A stretch of 64,000 nt of DNA from Bacillota bacterium. Its GTDB lineage: Bacteria > Patescibacteriota > Patescibacteriia > Patescibacteriales > UBA12465. The translations under genes were made by a program, and so were the position numbers. Where the stretch lies: positions 139,005 through 203,004 of the forward strand of contig JBLNBA010000004.1 of the NCBI GenBank assembly GCA_050259635.1, read 5' to 3'. This document shows, piece by piece, positions 7,803-17,095 of the stretch (positions are counted from its first letter, which is position 1; the number at the start of each line of letters is the position of its first letter). The notes under the pieces are model-generated. The model was not told the DNA's origin. It saw only the letters and a program-made list of their open reading frames with translations, and ran no database searches.

Positions 7803-7831
7803 ATTATAATGGCTTCCTAGGGAAAAAACAA
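7803..7831 (-). promoter_or_regulatory. Candidate greA-lysS promoter
   Basis: Minus strand reads TTGTTT-N17-TATAAT, overlapping the stop of the upstream gene. The leader contains the hairpin GCGTCCG...CGGACGC. Confidence 0.4.
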
Positions 7832-9261
7832 GTGCTTAGGACGAGAAAGCCCAAGCCTAGAGGATGGTTCAGATATGGGGTAAAAACATTGACAATACCT
7901 AGGAAAATGATGCTAGCGGCGACCACCTGGCGGATATGTCGGTCTTCGCCTTTCTTCAGCCAGCCGGCTATGATCAGGATTAACCAGGTAAGATAGGCTC
8001 CTAGGCCCAGTAATCCGATCTTGAGCCAGATATCAAGATAGGCCCACTCAAACGCATAAGTGGTGTAGCGGCCATCAGGATGCAGTGCCAGCACCCGCGG
8101 ATCTTGAGAATTATAGGTTATAGTCTTCCCAAAACCCTGCCCGATCAAAGGTGACCTTGAAATAGAATCTCTTAATTCCGGTAGCTGAGACCAACGTGAA
8201 GATACGGCCGCGTCGTTACCGGATAGTTCCAAACGCTGGGCCAAGGCTTCCGCCGAAAGCCCGGTAGCGGGATTTGGATAAGGAAACTTTATGGTGAGAT
8301 ACATCAGCATGGCGGCTCCAAGCAATGAGGCCAGGACGTAACCCAAAGCCTTTAAATAATCCCTTGTCCTTCCTTGGAATGAATATATGGCCAGCAAGAC
8401 ACCCGTAACCCCAAGGGCCAGCCAAAAGCTCCTAGACATGCTCACAATAATTACCGTCATCAACAAGGAAAGGGCAAGTAAAGATATATTTCTTTTCGTC
8501 TTGTTATTAAGGAGAGACCACAAGATGAATAAATATGCGATCGGCGCATAAATTTGCGACTGGATAAAAATCCTCTGCCAACCCCCGCCCATGGCCGTTA
8601 CCTCCCCGATCCCGCTTCGTCTCAACCAAAGGTAAATATCAGGCATGATGGCCAGGTTATGGGAAAAGACGAAGAGAAGGAAAAAGGTTTCAAAGCACAA
8701 CCAAGCCACCGCGATCAAGAAATAGGAAAACAAGCGCCTGGCCTTTTCCTTGGAGCCGTCATAGACCAGCAGGGCGGGAATGAACAGGCTGAGATAAATC
8801 CACGCGTTGGCGTCGGCGAGAACCAGGCCGAGGTCATGGTTTCGTAATATACCTTGGAGGACCCCGATAAATAACATCACGACAAAAACGGCAAATACTT
8901 TCTTATAAGGCATCCTGGAGCTGATATCCAGATATGACGCCTTAATGCCGCGACGCCAGACGTAAATCGCTGTTGCTAGCATTATCCCCGCCCAAAGGGC
9001 GAAACGCAAAGAAAAAGGAAACCCCAGGATCTCATAAGAGAACAAGTGTCCCTTTGATCCGATAACTAACTCCATGGCCGCTGCGATAAGGCCATATTCC
9101 AGCGAGCGGAGGGATAATAAAAAAGCCGCAAAGAAAGCGGCGACCGGAAGATAGGGCTGCCAGGCGGGCAAAAAATAGGCGGCAAAAGACAGGAGTTCGA
9201 CCAGAATGATCAGGCTCACGCAGAAAAGATAGGGGAATCTTGGTTGAAAAGATATTTTCAT
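7804..9261 (-). CDS. O-antigen ligase-like (Wzy_C) polytopic membrane protein
   Basis: About 12 TM segments with a loop typical of the O-antigen ligase family (SMSRSFWLALG). Start placed at ATG 9261 (MKISFQ), 2 nt after the upstream stop; the track ORF extends to 9297. Confidence 0.6.
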   Translation of the reverse strand: MKISFQPRFPYLFCVSLIILVELLSFAAYFLPAWQPYLPVAAFFAAFLLSLRSLEYGLIAAAMELVIGSKGHLFSYEILGFPFSLRFALWAGIMLATAIYVWRRGIKASYLDISSRMPYKKVFAVFVVMLFIGVLQGILRNHDLGLVLADANAWIYLSLFIPALLVYDGSKEKARRLFSYFLIAVAWLCFETFFLLFVFSHNLAIMPDIYLWLRRSGIGEVTAMGGGWQRIFIQSQIYAPIAYLFILWSLLNNKTKRNISLLALSLLMTVIIVSMSRSFWLALGVTGVLLAIYSFQGRTRDYLKALGYVLASLLGAAMLMYLTIKFPYPNPATGLSAEALAQRLELSGNDAAVSSRWSQLPELRDSISRSPLIGQGFGKTITYNSQDPRVLALHPDGRYTTYAFEWAYLDIWLKIGLLGLGAYLTWLILIIAGWLKKGEDRHIRQVVAASIIFLGIVNVFTPYLNHPLGLGFLVLSTCFFPRKPL

Positions 9262-9262
9262 A

Positions 9263-9724
9263 TCACCAACTGATTGAGCTGCCAGCCGCAATGCCACAGG
9301 CTTGGCTGCGTCCTCCTGTTATTTCCAACACGGCATCGGCTTCACCGCCGCTATGGTAAGTATGCTCGGGCTTCTTACTTTCTGGCGGCAAATCGCGATA
9401 AAGGTTCACCACCTTCCCTTCCTTGATAAATATTATATCCAAAGGAAAATTCATCTCCCTCATCACAAATACTAAGTCTTGCGGCTTGTTAAATAAAAAT
9501 AGCATGCCTCTATCTTGTTCCAAATTACGACGGCGTGATAGACCGCGGTATTGTTCACGGAGAGAATTGGAAACCTCCGCCTTGAAAGTACAGTTGCCAA
9601 TGGCCACCTGCTCAACTTTCCGCGGCCAGAATACATAAATGATCATTGCTAGAATAAGCGCGGAAATGATTAACAGAAGCGGGCGGGAACGCAACTTCTG
9701 ATAGAAAAACTCAGGCCAAATCAT
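9263..9724 (-). CDS. DUF192 domain-containing protein
   Basis: 153 aa, N-terminal TM, then GMLFLF...MREMNFPLDIIFI...YHSGGEADAVLEI, which is typical of DUF192. Confidence 0.75.
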   Translation of the reverse strand: MIWPEFFYQKLRSRPLLLIISALILAMIIYVFWPRKVEQVAIGNCTFKAEVSNSLREQYRGLSRRRNLEQDRGMLFLFNKPQDLVFVMREMNFPLDIIFIKEGKVVNLYRDLPPESKKPEHTYHSGGEADAVLEITGGRSQACGIAAGSSISW

Positions 9725-10412
9725 GCTTTTGTTTTATTATCGCCATCGCCGCCTTATATTTCTTGACCGCAGACAAAAAAGGAAGAAGCTTATAGGCAAA
9801 AGAAGGCAGCCAAGAGCTAATCGTTCCTCCGGGGGCGATATTAAATAATACCTTATCAATCCATATCCCATACTTGCCGGCCTCAAGCATCGTTAACCAG
9901 AGGTCCCAGTCCTGGAATTTGCGGATCGTTTCATCCCATCCGCCTTGGGGCAAGGATGAGCGGCGGATCAGGGCCATAGTATGGATATAAGGACCTTCCC
10001 TGAGCTTTTCGGGATCAAACGGACCAACCTTAAACAGCTTGTTACCCCAACGGAAGGAGGGATAGGCATAGCTTGCTTCCGGATTCGCTTCAAGGGCTGC
10101 CTGTAGGGTAAATAAAGCCTCAGGCGATAAGTCCGCATCAGCATCGCAGAAAAACAGATATTCCCCTTGCGCTTCTCTAAGTCCTCGGTTTCGAGCGGCC
10201 GGAGCTCCTTGATTAGCCTGATTGATAAAGACAAATCTTGCCTCTGTTTGCGCACCCCTGGTGACATCGGAAAACTCTTTTTCCGGATTATCAAGAGATC
10301 CGTCGTTTACCACAATCACCTCGAATTCCACCCCCTTTTGGGCGATAATGCTTGTTAATGCCAGCCGTAATTTTTTAGCTTGATTATATACCGGAATGAC
10401 TATAGAGATCAT
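9711..10412 (-). CDS. Glycosyltransferase family 2
   Basis: ISIVIPVYNQ...VIVVNDGS...FCDADA (DxD) motifs; 14-nt overlap with the downstream gene. Confidence 0.8.
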   Translation of the reverse strand: MISIVIPVYNQAKKLRLALTSIIAQKGVEFEVIVVNDGSLDNPEKEFSDVTRGAQTEARFVFINQANQGAPAARNRGLREAQGEYLFFCDADADLSPEALFTLQAALEANPEASYAYPSFRWGNKLFKVGPFDPEKLREGPYIHTMALIRRSSLPQGGWDETIRKFQDWDLWLTMLEAGKYGIWIDKVLFNIAPGGTISSWLPSFAYKLLPFLSAVKKYKAAMAIIKQKHDLA

Positions 10413-11479
10413 ATGTATTTTTCAATAGCACCCTGTAACTTGGCTACTTGCCTGCTCCAGGAAAAATTGTTCTCGGCCCGGGATTTTCCTTGGCTACCTA
10501 GCCGGAAAGCTTCTTCAGGTTGAGCGAATAATTCGGAAATCGCAGCCGTTATCTCGGTCGTCGCCAAGGGATTTACCAGCAAGCCATTCACTTCATCCTC
10601 TACCGCGTCGCCTACGCCGCCGCTGCGGCCAGCGATTACCGGCTTGCCCATTAAATTGGCTTCGAGATAGACAATACCGAAACCTTCGAAATCGTCTTCA
10701 ATCTCCCTCGAAACCGTAATAAATATATCACACAAATCAAGGAGCGGCCACTTTTCTTCCTCTTTGATTGCCCCAAGGAAGAGAATCCTGGCGGCGGCTG
10801 CGCTTTGAGAGGCCAGTTCCTCCAGACGTCTCCTCTCCGGTCCATCACCGGCAATTAGATATATGGCACTAGCATCTTCCACCTGAGAAAAAGCTTTTAT
10901 CGCTTGATCGATTCCTTTACGCTCTACCAATCGTCCGACCGAGAGCAGTACTTTCTTCCCTTCTAAGCCATATTTATCCTTTAATTCCTCTTTTATCGCC
11001 TTATCCGTCGCTTGAGCGACGACACCCGGATTAATGATTACAACCTTATCCTGAAGTTCCGGAAGGAAATCTAAAAGTATTTCTTTCACTCTGGAATTGG
11101 CACAGATAATGAATCCGGCACGCTTGAGAATGAGCTTGCTTAACCAGCGTTTACGAGGGGTTTTCAGGGCAAATGGCAGATCCATCCCGTGCAGAAAAAC
11201 CGCAAAGCGAAACGTCTTTACTAGTCTTGCGATTAAAGCCGCTGTTCCTAGGGGTAATATCTGCCCGATGAGAACCAGTTGGTAATCCTTCCCAGACAGG
11301 GCCTTTATCAGGCTCCATATCGCTTTTCGCCAAGGGAAAGGACCTCTTGCCAACATCCCGGATCGGTCTATGATATCTATCTCAGCGCTTTTTTTCCATT
11401 CGGCCACTAATTGGCCGTAATATGAAGCCACCCCTCCGATCTGCGGCGGATATTCGGTTGTGCAAAGCAGGTAACGCAT
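10409..11479 (-). CDS. Glycosyltransferase family 4 (GT-B fold)
   Basis: 356 aa with C-terminal EGFGIVYLEANLMGKPVIA...GGVGDAVEDEVNGLLV (E-x7-E type motif); 4-nt overlap with the GT2 gene. Confidence 0.8.
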   Translation of the reverse strand: MRYLLCTTEYPPQIGGVASYYGQLVAEWKKSAEIDIIDRSGMLARGPFPWRKAIWSLIKALSGKDYQLVLIGQILPLGTAALIARLVKTFRFAVFLHGMDLPFALKTPRKRWLSKLILKRAGFIICANSRVKEILLDFLPELQDKVVIINPGVVAQATDKAIKEELKDKYGLEGKKVLLSVGRLVERKGIDQAIKAFSQVEDASAIYLIAGDGPERRRLEELASQSAAAARILFLGAIKEEEKWPLLDLCDIFITVSREIEDDFEGFGIVYLEANLMGKPVIAGRSGGVGDAVEDEVNGLLVNPLATTEITAAISELFAQPEEAFRLGSQGKSRAENNFSWSRQVAKLQGAIEKYI

Positions 11480-11480
11480 A

Positions 11481-12911
11481 TCAGACTCGCTTAAAAGAAG
11501 AGGCGATGCTTATAATATCCGCCTTACGTAAGCCGCCAAGCGCAAAGAGTGAGGCAAAATAGACGGCCGCCCCGGCTATGACTGCCAAGAAGACATTAAT
11601 TCTCTGCCCTCCATAATACGCGGCAACACCCATCAGCATAGATGCGCCAAGCGATTTCACGAGCACGATGAGGTTCTTTTTAGGGGAATAAGAAATGAGT
11701 CCGCGAGCAGATATAGCACCTAGAATTAGCATCAAGCAATTGCTTGCCAGTACCGTCATGCTTGCCCCCAGGGCCTGCCAGCGAGGGATTAGGAGCAGGT
11801 TCAGCAAGATGCTTGCTATGGCAGCCAACCCCATATTCCGGGTGTTGCGCCGTTGACGATCGCAAGCATTAAGGAGGGAGCCCAGGGGGAAATTGAGAAA
11901 AATGAAGAAGAGGGCGACAATAGAAATGCGCAACGGCCAAACGGCTTCATCCCCGGCTTTAAAGAGGGGCACGATTTCCTCCGCCAAAGAGAACACGCCG
12001 AAAATGATCGGCAGAGAGATGATGATAAGGTAATTTATCGCTCGTTCGAATGATATCCTTAACTGATCACGATTATTTAGCCAATAGGAACTCATAGCCG
12101 GATACAAAGAGGCGGTAAAGGCCATAGGCAAGAACTGCAAAGCAAAAATGATCTTGAATGCAATCTGATATATCCCCACTTGGACAAAACCGGAATAGAA
12201 ACCGAGCAAGAGCGAGTCGAGATAGGTAAACAAGCGCTGGAAGACATTATAAAGGGCAAACGGCCAGCTAATCGCAAATACCTGCCGGGCTATCTTAGCC
12301 TGCCATTTTGGCTTAAGGCTCACGCCCAGTTTAGTCCTTAAAATCAAAGCGGAATAAATGAAATTAAAGGCGCTGGCTAGAACCAAGGTCCCGAGCAGAA
12401 GCGTCATCGGGCCGCCACTGCGAAGGACGGCGTAACCGGCGATAAAGACTATCAGCTGGAAAATTACCGAGGAGATGCTTTCATATTTCAGATTGTGGAA
12501 CCCCCGGATAACGGCAAAAAATGTAGCCGTAAAGGAATCTAGGACCATCGAGAGTGCCGAAACGGCGATCAGCAGTACCAAACGAAGGTCATAGGCAAAG
12601 AAGGCGACCAACAGTGCGAGAAGCAAAGTTCCTGCGGCCAGCACAAACTTCATCGAAAGCACGCTGGACAGCATTTCTGAGGCTTTTTCGCTATACTTTG
12701 CCACTTCCCTGGTCAAAGCATTGGCAAAGCCGAGGTCAATCAATATCGAAAAAATCGTGGTAAAGGAAATCGCGGTGTAATACTGGCCTAAAGATTCAAA
12801 CCCCAGATAACGAGCTAAAAGGATGAAATATGAAAAAGAGATTATCTTCTGGATAATCAGGGCAAGGGTCAAATAAGATGTATTTTTTGCAATATTAGCA
12901 ACTTTATTCAT
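11481..12911 (-). CDS. Polysaccharide flippase (Wzx/MOP superfamily)
   Basis: 476 aa, about 12-14 TM segments, N-terminal pattern typical of polysaccharide biosynthesis/flippase proteins; directly upstream of the GT genes. Confidence 0.7.
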   Translation of the reverse strand: MNKVANIAKNTSYLTLALIIQKIISFSYFILLARYLGFESLGQYYTAISFTTIFSILIDLGFANALTREVAKYSEKASEMLSSVLSMKFVLAAGTLLLALLVAFFAYDLRLVLLIAVSALSMVLDSFTATFFAVIRGFHNLKYESISSVIFQLIVFIAGYAVLRSGGPMTLLLGTLVLASAFNFIYSALILRTKLGVSLKPKWQAKIARQVFAISWPFALYNVFQRLFTYLDSLLLGFYSGFVQVGIYQIAFKIIFALQFLPMAFTASLYPAMSSYWLNNRDQLRISFERAINYLIIISLPIIFGVFSLAEEIVPLFKAGDEAVWPLRISIVALFFIFLNFPLGSLLNACDRQRRNTRNMGLAAIASILLNLLLIPRWQALGASMTVLASNCLMLILGAISARGLISYSPKKNLIVLVKSLGASMLMGVAAYYGGQRINVFLAVIAGAAVYFASLFALGGLRKADIISIASSFKRV

Positions 12912-13067
12912 ATCATCTACTTCTCTTCCGCCATATCTCTAACCAGTATATCAGGTCTTGCTTAAATTTTAAAGTTATGATATTATCGGAATACCAAAGG
13001 AAAAATCAATTTCTTTTTTTTGTGCCTTTAAAGAAAGAATCTGTTTTCCTCTATATTTACTCACAAT

Positions 13068-13409
13068 ATGAAAAAAGACATCCATCCGCAATATTATCCG
13101 GATTGCCAGGTAACTTGTGTCTGCGGCAATTCCTTCGTCACCGGTTCGACCGTTCCCGAAATCAAGGTCGAGCTTTGTTCTGCCTGCCATCCTTTCTATA
13201 CTGGCAAGCAGAAGCTCGTTGATACCGCTCGCCGCGTTGAGAAATTCGGTGCTAAGTTAGCCGCCAAAGAAACTGCTGCCGCCGGCAAAAAAGGCAAAAA
13301 AGTGAAGAAGGCCGAACGCGCAGAAGCCAAAGCCTCGAAAGAAGTCGTGGTAAAGACCAAGGATATCAAGAAGATTTCCCAGGTTACGCTCGGTTCAAAG
13401 AAGAAATAG
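13068..13409 (+). CDS. rpmE: 50S ribosomal protein L31 with Lys/Ala-rich C-terminal extension
   Basis: [10 protein letters not shown]...CVCGN...[13 protein letters not shown] core (Cys-containing type) followed by about 45 extra K/A/E-rich residues. Confidence 0.9.
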   Translation: MKKDIHPQYYPDCQVTCVCGNSFVTGSTVPEIKVELCSACHPFYTGKQKLVDTARRVEKFGAKLAAKETAAAGKKGKKVKKAERAEAKASKEVVVKTKDIKKISQVTLGSKKK

Positions 13410-13420
13410 CAATACTTAAG

Positions 13421-13490
13421 ATAATCAGCTCCTGTTATCTGGCTTATAGTCTAGGCCTTGATAAACGCTAAGGGAGCTGATTATTTTATA
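13421..13490 (+). terminator. Long-loop hairpin / probable rpmE terminator
   Basis: Perfect 12-bp stem ATAATCAGCTCC (13421-13432) / GGAGCTGATTAT (13473-13484) enclosing a 40-nt loop, followed by TTTATA. Confidence 0.45.
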
Positions 13491-13518
13491 TCCCGATTAA
13501 TTTAAAGCCTTAATTATT

Positions 13519-14556
13519 ATGTACGAAGAGATCAAAGCGAAATTCGCGGAAATCGAAAGCCGTCTAGCCGACCCTACTCTCCTTCAAGATCAAAAGGAGC
13601 TGGTTAAAGCTGGCCAAGAACATGCCGCCATGAAGGCTCTGATCCAGCTTCTAGCCGATGAGGAACGGCTGGTTGCCGAGATAGAAGGTAGCCGCCAGTT
13701 AGCCTCCCAAGAGGAGGACCCGGAAATGAAAAGCCTGGCAGAAGAAGAACTTGCCGGCCTGGAGGTCCAACTGCAGGGAGTCCGCGAACAGATCGAGGAA
13801 GAAATGCATCCTCAAGGCCCAAATGACCACAAGAACGCCATTATTGAAATCCGTGCCGGAACGGGCGGCGATGAAGCTGCTCTCTTTGCCGGCGATCTTT
13901 TCCGCATGTACGTCCGTTTCTGCGAACGCCGTGGCTGGAAGACGGAAATGATCGATTCCAGTGCCATCGGTATCGGCGGTTTCAAAGAAGTCATCTTCGC
14001 CGTTAAAGGAGCGGGTGCTTTTGGCACCCTCAAATACGAAGCCGGGACCCATCGGGTCCAGCGCGTTCCGGAAACTGAGAAACAAGGACGCATCCACACT
14101 TCTACCGCCACGGCCGTCGTTCTTCCCGAGGCAGAAGAAGTCGATATTGAAATCAAGCCGGGGGATATCCGTATCGATACTTTTTGCTCAAGCGGTCCGG
14201 GCGGGCAGAGCGTTAATACGACCTATTCTGCCATCCGCATTCTCCATCTGCCTACCGGCCTTATCGTTAGTTGCCAAGATCAGAAATCCCAACATCAAAA
14301 CAAGGAAAAAGCCTTACAGGTCCTTCGTTCCCGTCTATTAGCAAGACAGGAAGAAGAAAGGATGGCCGCTGAATCCAGTGCGCGTAAGGACCAGGTTGGA
14401 GCAGGAGACCGCAGCGACAAGATTAAGACCTACAACTTCCCCCAGGACCGTCTCACCGATCACCGCATCGGCCAGTCATGGCACAATCTAAGCGCCGTCA
14501 TGGATGGCGATATCGAAGAGCAAGTAAAGGCGGTCCGCAAAGCTTTGCGCCAATAA
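13519..14556 (+). CDS. prfA: Peptide chain release factor 1
   Basis: 345 aa; GGQ motif (SSGPGGQSVNTT) and an RF1-type P-x-T tripeptide (RVPETE). Confidence 0.92.
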   Translation: MYEEIKAKFAEIESRLADPTLLQDQKELVKAGQEHAAMKALIQLLADEERLVAEIEGSRQLASQEEDPEMKSLAEEELAGLEVQLQGVREQIEEEMHPQGPNDHKNAIIEIRAGTGGDEAALFAGDLFRMYVRFCERRGWKTEMIDSSAIGIGGFKEVIFAVKGAGAFGTLKYEAGTHRVQRVPETEKQGRIHTSTATAVVLPEAEEVDIEIKPGDIRIDTFCSSGPGGQSVNTTYSAIRILHLPTGLIVSCQDQKSQHQNKEKALQVLRSRLLARQEEERMAAESSARKDQVGAGDRSDKIKTYNFPQDRLTDHRIGQSWHNLSAVMDGDIEEQVKAVRKALRQ

Positions 14557-14557
14557 T

Positions 14558-15385
14558 ATGTCCAATATCGGCTGCTTGTTAGCGGCAGACAAAGATCGGA
14601 GAGCGGAAACCGAGTCCCTGCTCGGCGCCGTTTGTAATCAGGATCGGAGCTGGCTCTATGCCCACCCTGAATACGAGCTCAGCCAGCTTGAAACGGCAAC
14701 CCTGGAAAATCATCTTCGCCGTCTCAACGACGGCGAGCCGGTAGCTTATATTCTCGGATATAAAGATTTTTACAATCAGCGCTTCAAGGTTTCCTCGTCC
14801 GTCCTTATTCCCCGCCCCGAAACGGAAATAATTATAGACCAAGCGTTGCTCTTTGCTAAGCTCCAACCCGCCGCTTCTTTTTTTGACATCGGCACCGGGT
14901 CAGGAGCAATCATCATATCCATAGCATCTTCCATTTCGGGCTCATATCAGTTTTTCGCCGGAGACATCTCTCCTGAAGCCCTTGATGTCGCCAAAGAAAA
15001 CGCCGAAGGGATAAGCTCTGTAATTACTTTCAAGCTCGGCAGCGTGTTTACTCCCTTCAGGCAAGAATTGCAAAGCTCTACCTCAATATTCATCGCGGCC
15101 AATCTGCCGTATCTGACTCCCGAGGAAAGGATGGCGGAAAAGAGCATCGCGCCCGAACCAAGTATCGCTCTGCTCGGCGGTGTCGATGGTCTCGACATAT
15201 ACCGCCGTTTATTGAAAGACTGTGAAGGAATTAACGGAAAGCCTTTTCAGTTGATGATGGAAATCAGCCCGTGGCAAGAAGATTTGCTTGTCGGCCTTGC
15301 CGCTAAATCGTTACCCGGGGCCAAAATAATAACCGTGCCCGACCTTAGCGGCCGAACACGGTTTATTTTGGTAACGAATATCTAA
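14558..15385 (+). CDS. prmC: Release factor glutamine N5-methyltransferase PrmC/HemK
   Basis: 275 aa; SAM motif FFDIGTGSGAI. The catalytic tetrapeptide is NLPY (15101-15112) instead of NPPY. Starts 1 nt after prfA. Confidence 0.85.
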   Translation: MSNIGCLLAADKDRRAETESLLGAVCNQDRSWLYAHPEYELSQLETATLENHLRRLNDGEPVAYILGYKDFYNQRFKVSSSVLIPRPETEIIIDQALLFAKLQPAASFFDIGTGSGAIIISIASSISGSYQFFAGDISPEALDVAKENAEGISSVITFKLGSVFTPFRQELQSSTSIFIAANLPYLTPEERMAEKSIAPEPSIALLGGVDGLDIYRRLLKDCEGINGKPFQLMMEISPWQEDLLVGLAAKSLPGAKIITVPDLSGRTRFILVTNI

Positions 15386-16456
15386 TCAGTAGACGACGCT
15401 AGTATTGCCGTCAGCCGCCTCAATCCAGGTAACCCCTGGATTAAATTTTATCTCTTCCCCTTTAAGATCATAATAACGGGTCCGGGAAGAACCATTCTTT
15501 TTCCAAGCTCCTTCCTGACAGAGGCCATCAAGGCAAATTACGGCTTTTCCATTGCCAGCAACACCTAAGTGCAATCTTCCATAATCATCCACCACCTTGC
15601 TATCAAGTAAGTGGATAATGACGTTCTTCGCTTTGATTTCTATCCCTTCTCCATCCTTGCTCAACTCTCCGTTGAAATAACGCTGATACTCATTTGTGCC
15701 AGTGAGATAACGCCAGGTTGGACGGAAACTCGGGCTGAAGCGGATATCAATATCAGGGGAAGAAGTGGCATGTTCGTTTTCTTCCTTATACTGCCAGCTC
15801 TCCGCCGGAGATTCGGACAAACCTCTTTTTTCCAAATACGCACGCCAATCGTTACTGCCTAGAAGCAGATTATGGGGAGCAGGCCTTCCTCCTAGTTCTC
15901 GATGGAAATAACTGCCGTTATAAAATTCGTTGAAATCAGTTAACTGGGATTTCTTGATCAAAGCCAAAGCTTCATCACTGCCTCCGGCATGGACATACAA
16001 AGCGCGAAGCTCTTCGGCCCAACTAACGAAATATGGACGAGCGCTTCTGACTGGCCCGATTGAGGCCAGATCGATATCAGCCGGAAATACCGCCATATAT
16101 CTGGTTATCCTCCCCTCCACCGGTGCTTCATAGACCAATGATGCTCGAGCCAAGCCATTCTGCGGCCGCGCATTGATGTCGTTATCGATCATTACGGCCA
16201 CCGGAAATACTTTGGCTTTTTCCGCAGGAACCTCTATCCCGTCCAGCCACCGAGCTAAGCATCCGGGGCAATCATCAACGATGGTTTCCGGGGTCGCCTC
16301 TTCGGCCTGAGGCTGCTTATCAGGCGCAGGCAGTATATTTGGAGCGAAGAGGAAATAATATAATCCGGCGGCGGACACAATCAATACAAAAAGAGAGGCG
16401 CCCAAAAGCGCCTTCTTTTTATTATCTAAACCAGGTTTAACGCCTTTATCCTCCAT
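15386..16456 (-). CDS. DUF3048 domain-containing (YerB-like) exported protein
   Basis: N-terminal TM/signal, then PVAVMIDNDINARPQNGLARASLVYEAPVEGRITRYMAVF, characteristic of DUF3048. Its stop abuts the prmC stop with no spacer. Confidence 0.75.
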   Translation of the reverse strand: MEDKGVKPGLDNKKKALLGASLFVLIVSAAGLYYFLFAPNILPAPDKQPQAEEATPETIVDDCPGCLARWLDGIEVPAEKAKVFPVAVMIDNDINARPQNGLARASLVYEAPVEGRITRYMAVFPADIDLASIGPVRSARPYFVSWAEELRALYVHAGGSDEALALIKKSQLTDFNEFYNGSYFHRELGGRPAPHNLLLGSNDWRAYLEKRGLSESPAESWQYKEENEHATSSPDIDIRFSPSFRPTWRYLTGTNEYQRYFNGELSKDGEGIEIKAKNVIIHLLDSKVVDDYGRLHLGVAGNGKAVICLDGLCQEGAWKKNGSSRTRYYDLKGEEIKFNPGVTWIEAADGNTSVVY

Positions 16457-16474
16457 AAAGCGTAGAAATTGAAA

Positions 16475-17092
16475 TTATTTTTGTTCAGCTGGCTTCTGTT
16501 CCGCTGCCGGTGCGGCACTGGCTTCAGCCGGAGCTGCTACCGGTTCTTCTTCCACCTTCTTCGGTTCTTCAACTACGCAGATCACTTCATTGCCTTCGTG
16601 TTCCAAGGAAATACCCTTAGGTAGCTTGAGGTCCTGAAGGCGGATCATGTCTCCGAGCTCGTTCATGAGGCTGATGTCCACATCAATGTGATCTACTAAA
16701 TCTCCCGGCAAGCATTCCACGGACACCTCGTCCATGTTAACGACGAAAACGCCACTATATTCCTTGACTGCCTTGGAATCCCCGATAAACTCAAGCGGGA
16801 TTTCTGCCTTAACCTTCTCCTTCATGTTTACTTGATAGAAATCAATATGGATGAGATTGTTCTTTAAAGCATCTCTCTGGACCGCCTTAACCAGCACCGG
16901 GAATTCCTTGCCATCAAGGTCTAAGGTAATAAGATTGGATTCACCGGCCTCCGCAAAAAGCTTCCCGAATACGTTACGGTTCACTTTTATGGAGCGGCTC
17001 TCCAAGCCACGGCCATACAGGATGGCAGCGAGATCGTCCTGACTCAACTTTTCGTTCTTTTCACGCAATTGTGCGGTTAATTTCAGTTCCAT
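16475..17092 (-). CDS. rplY: 50S ribosomal protein L25/Ctc
   Basis: 205 aa; LYGRG...SIKV...VLVKAVQRD...IHIDF pattern with an acidic/Ala-Pro-rich C-terminal tail. Confidence 0.85.
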   Translation of the reverse strand: MELKLTAQLREKNEKLSQDDLAAILYGRGLESRSIKVNRNVFGKLFAEAGESNLITLDLDGKEFPVLVKAVQRDALKNNLIHIDFYQVNMKEKVKAEIPLEFIGDSKAVKEYSGVFVVNMDEVSVECLPGDLVDHIDVDISLMNELGDMIRLQDLKLPKGISLEHEGNEVICVVEEPKKVEEEPVAAPAEASAAPAAEQKPAEQK

Positions 17093-17095
17093 AAG

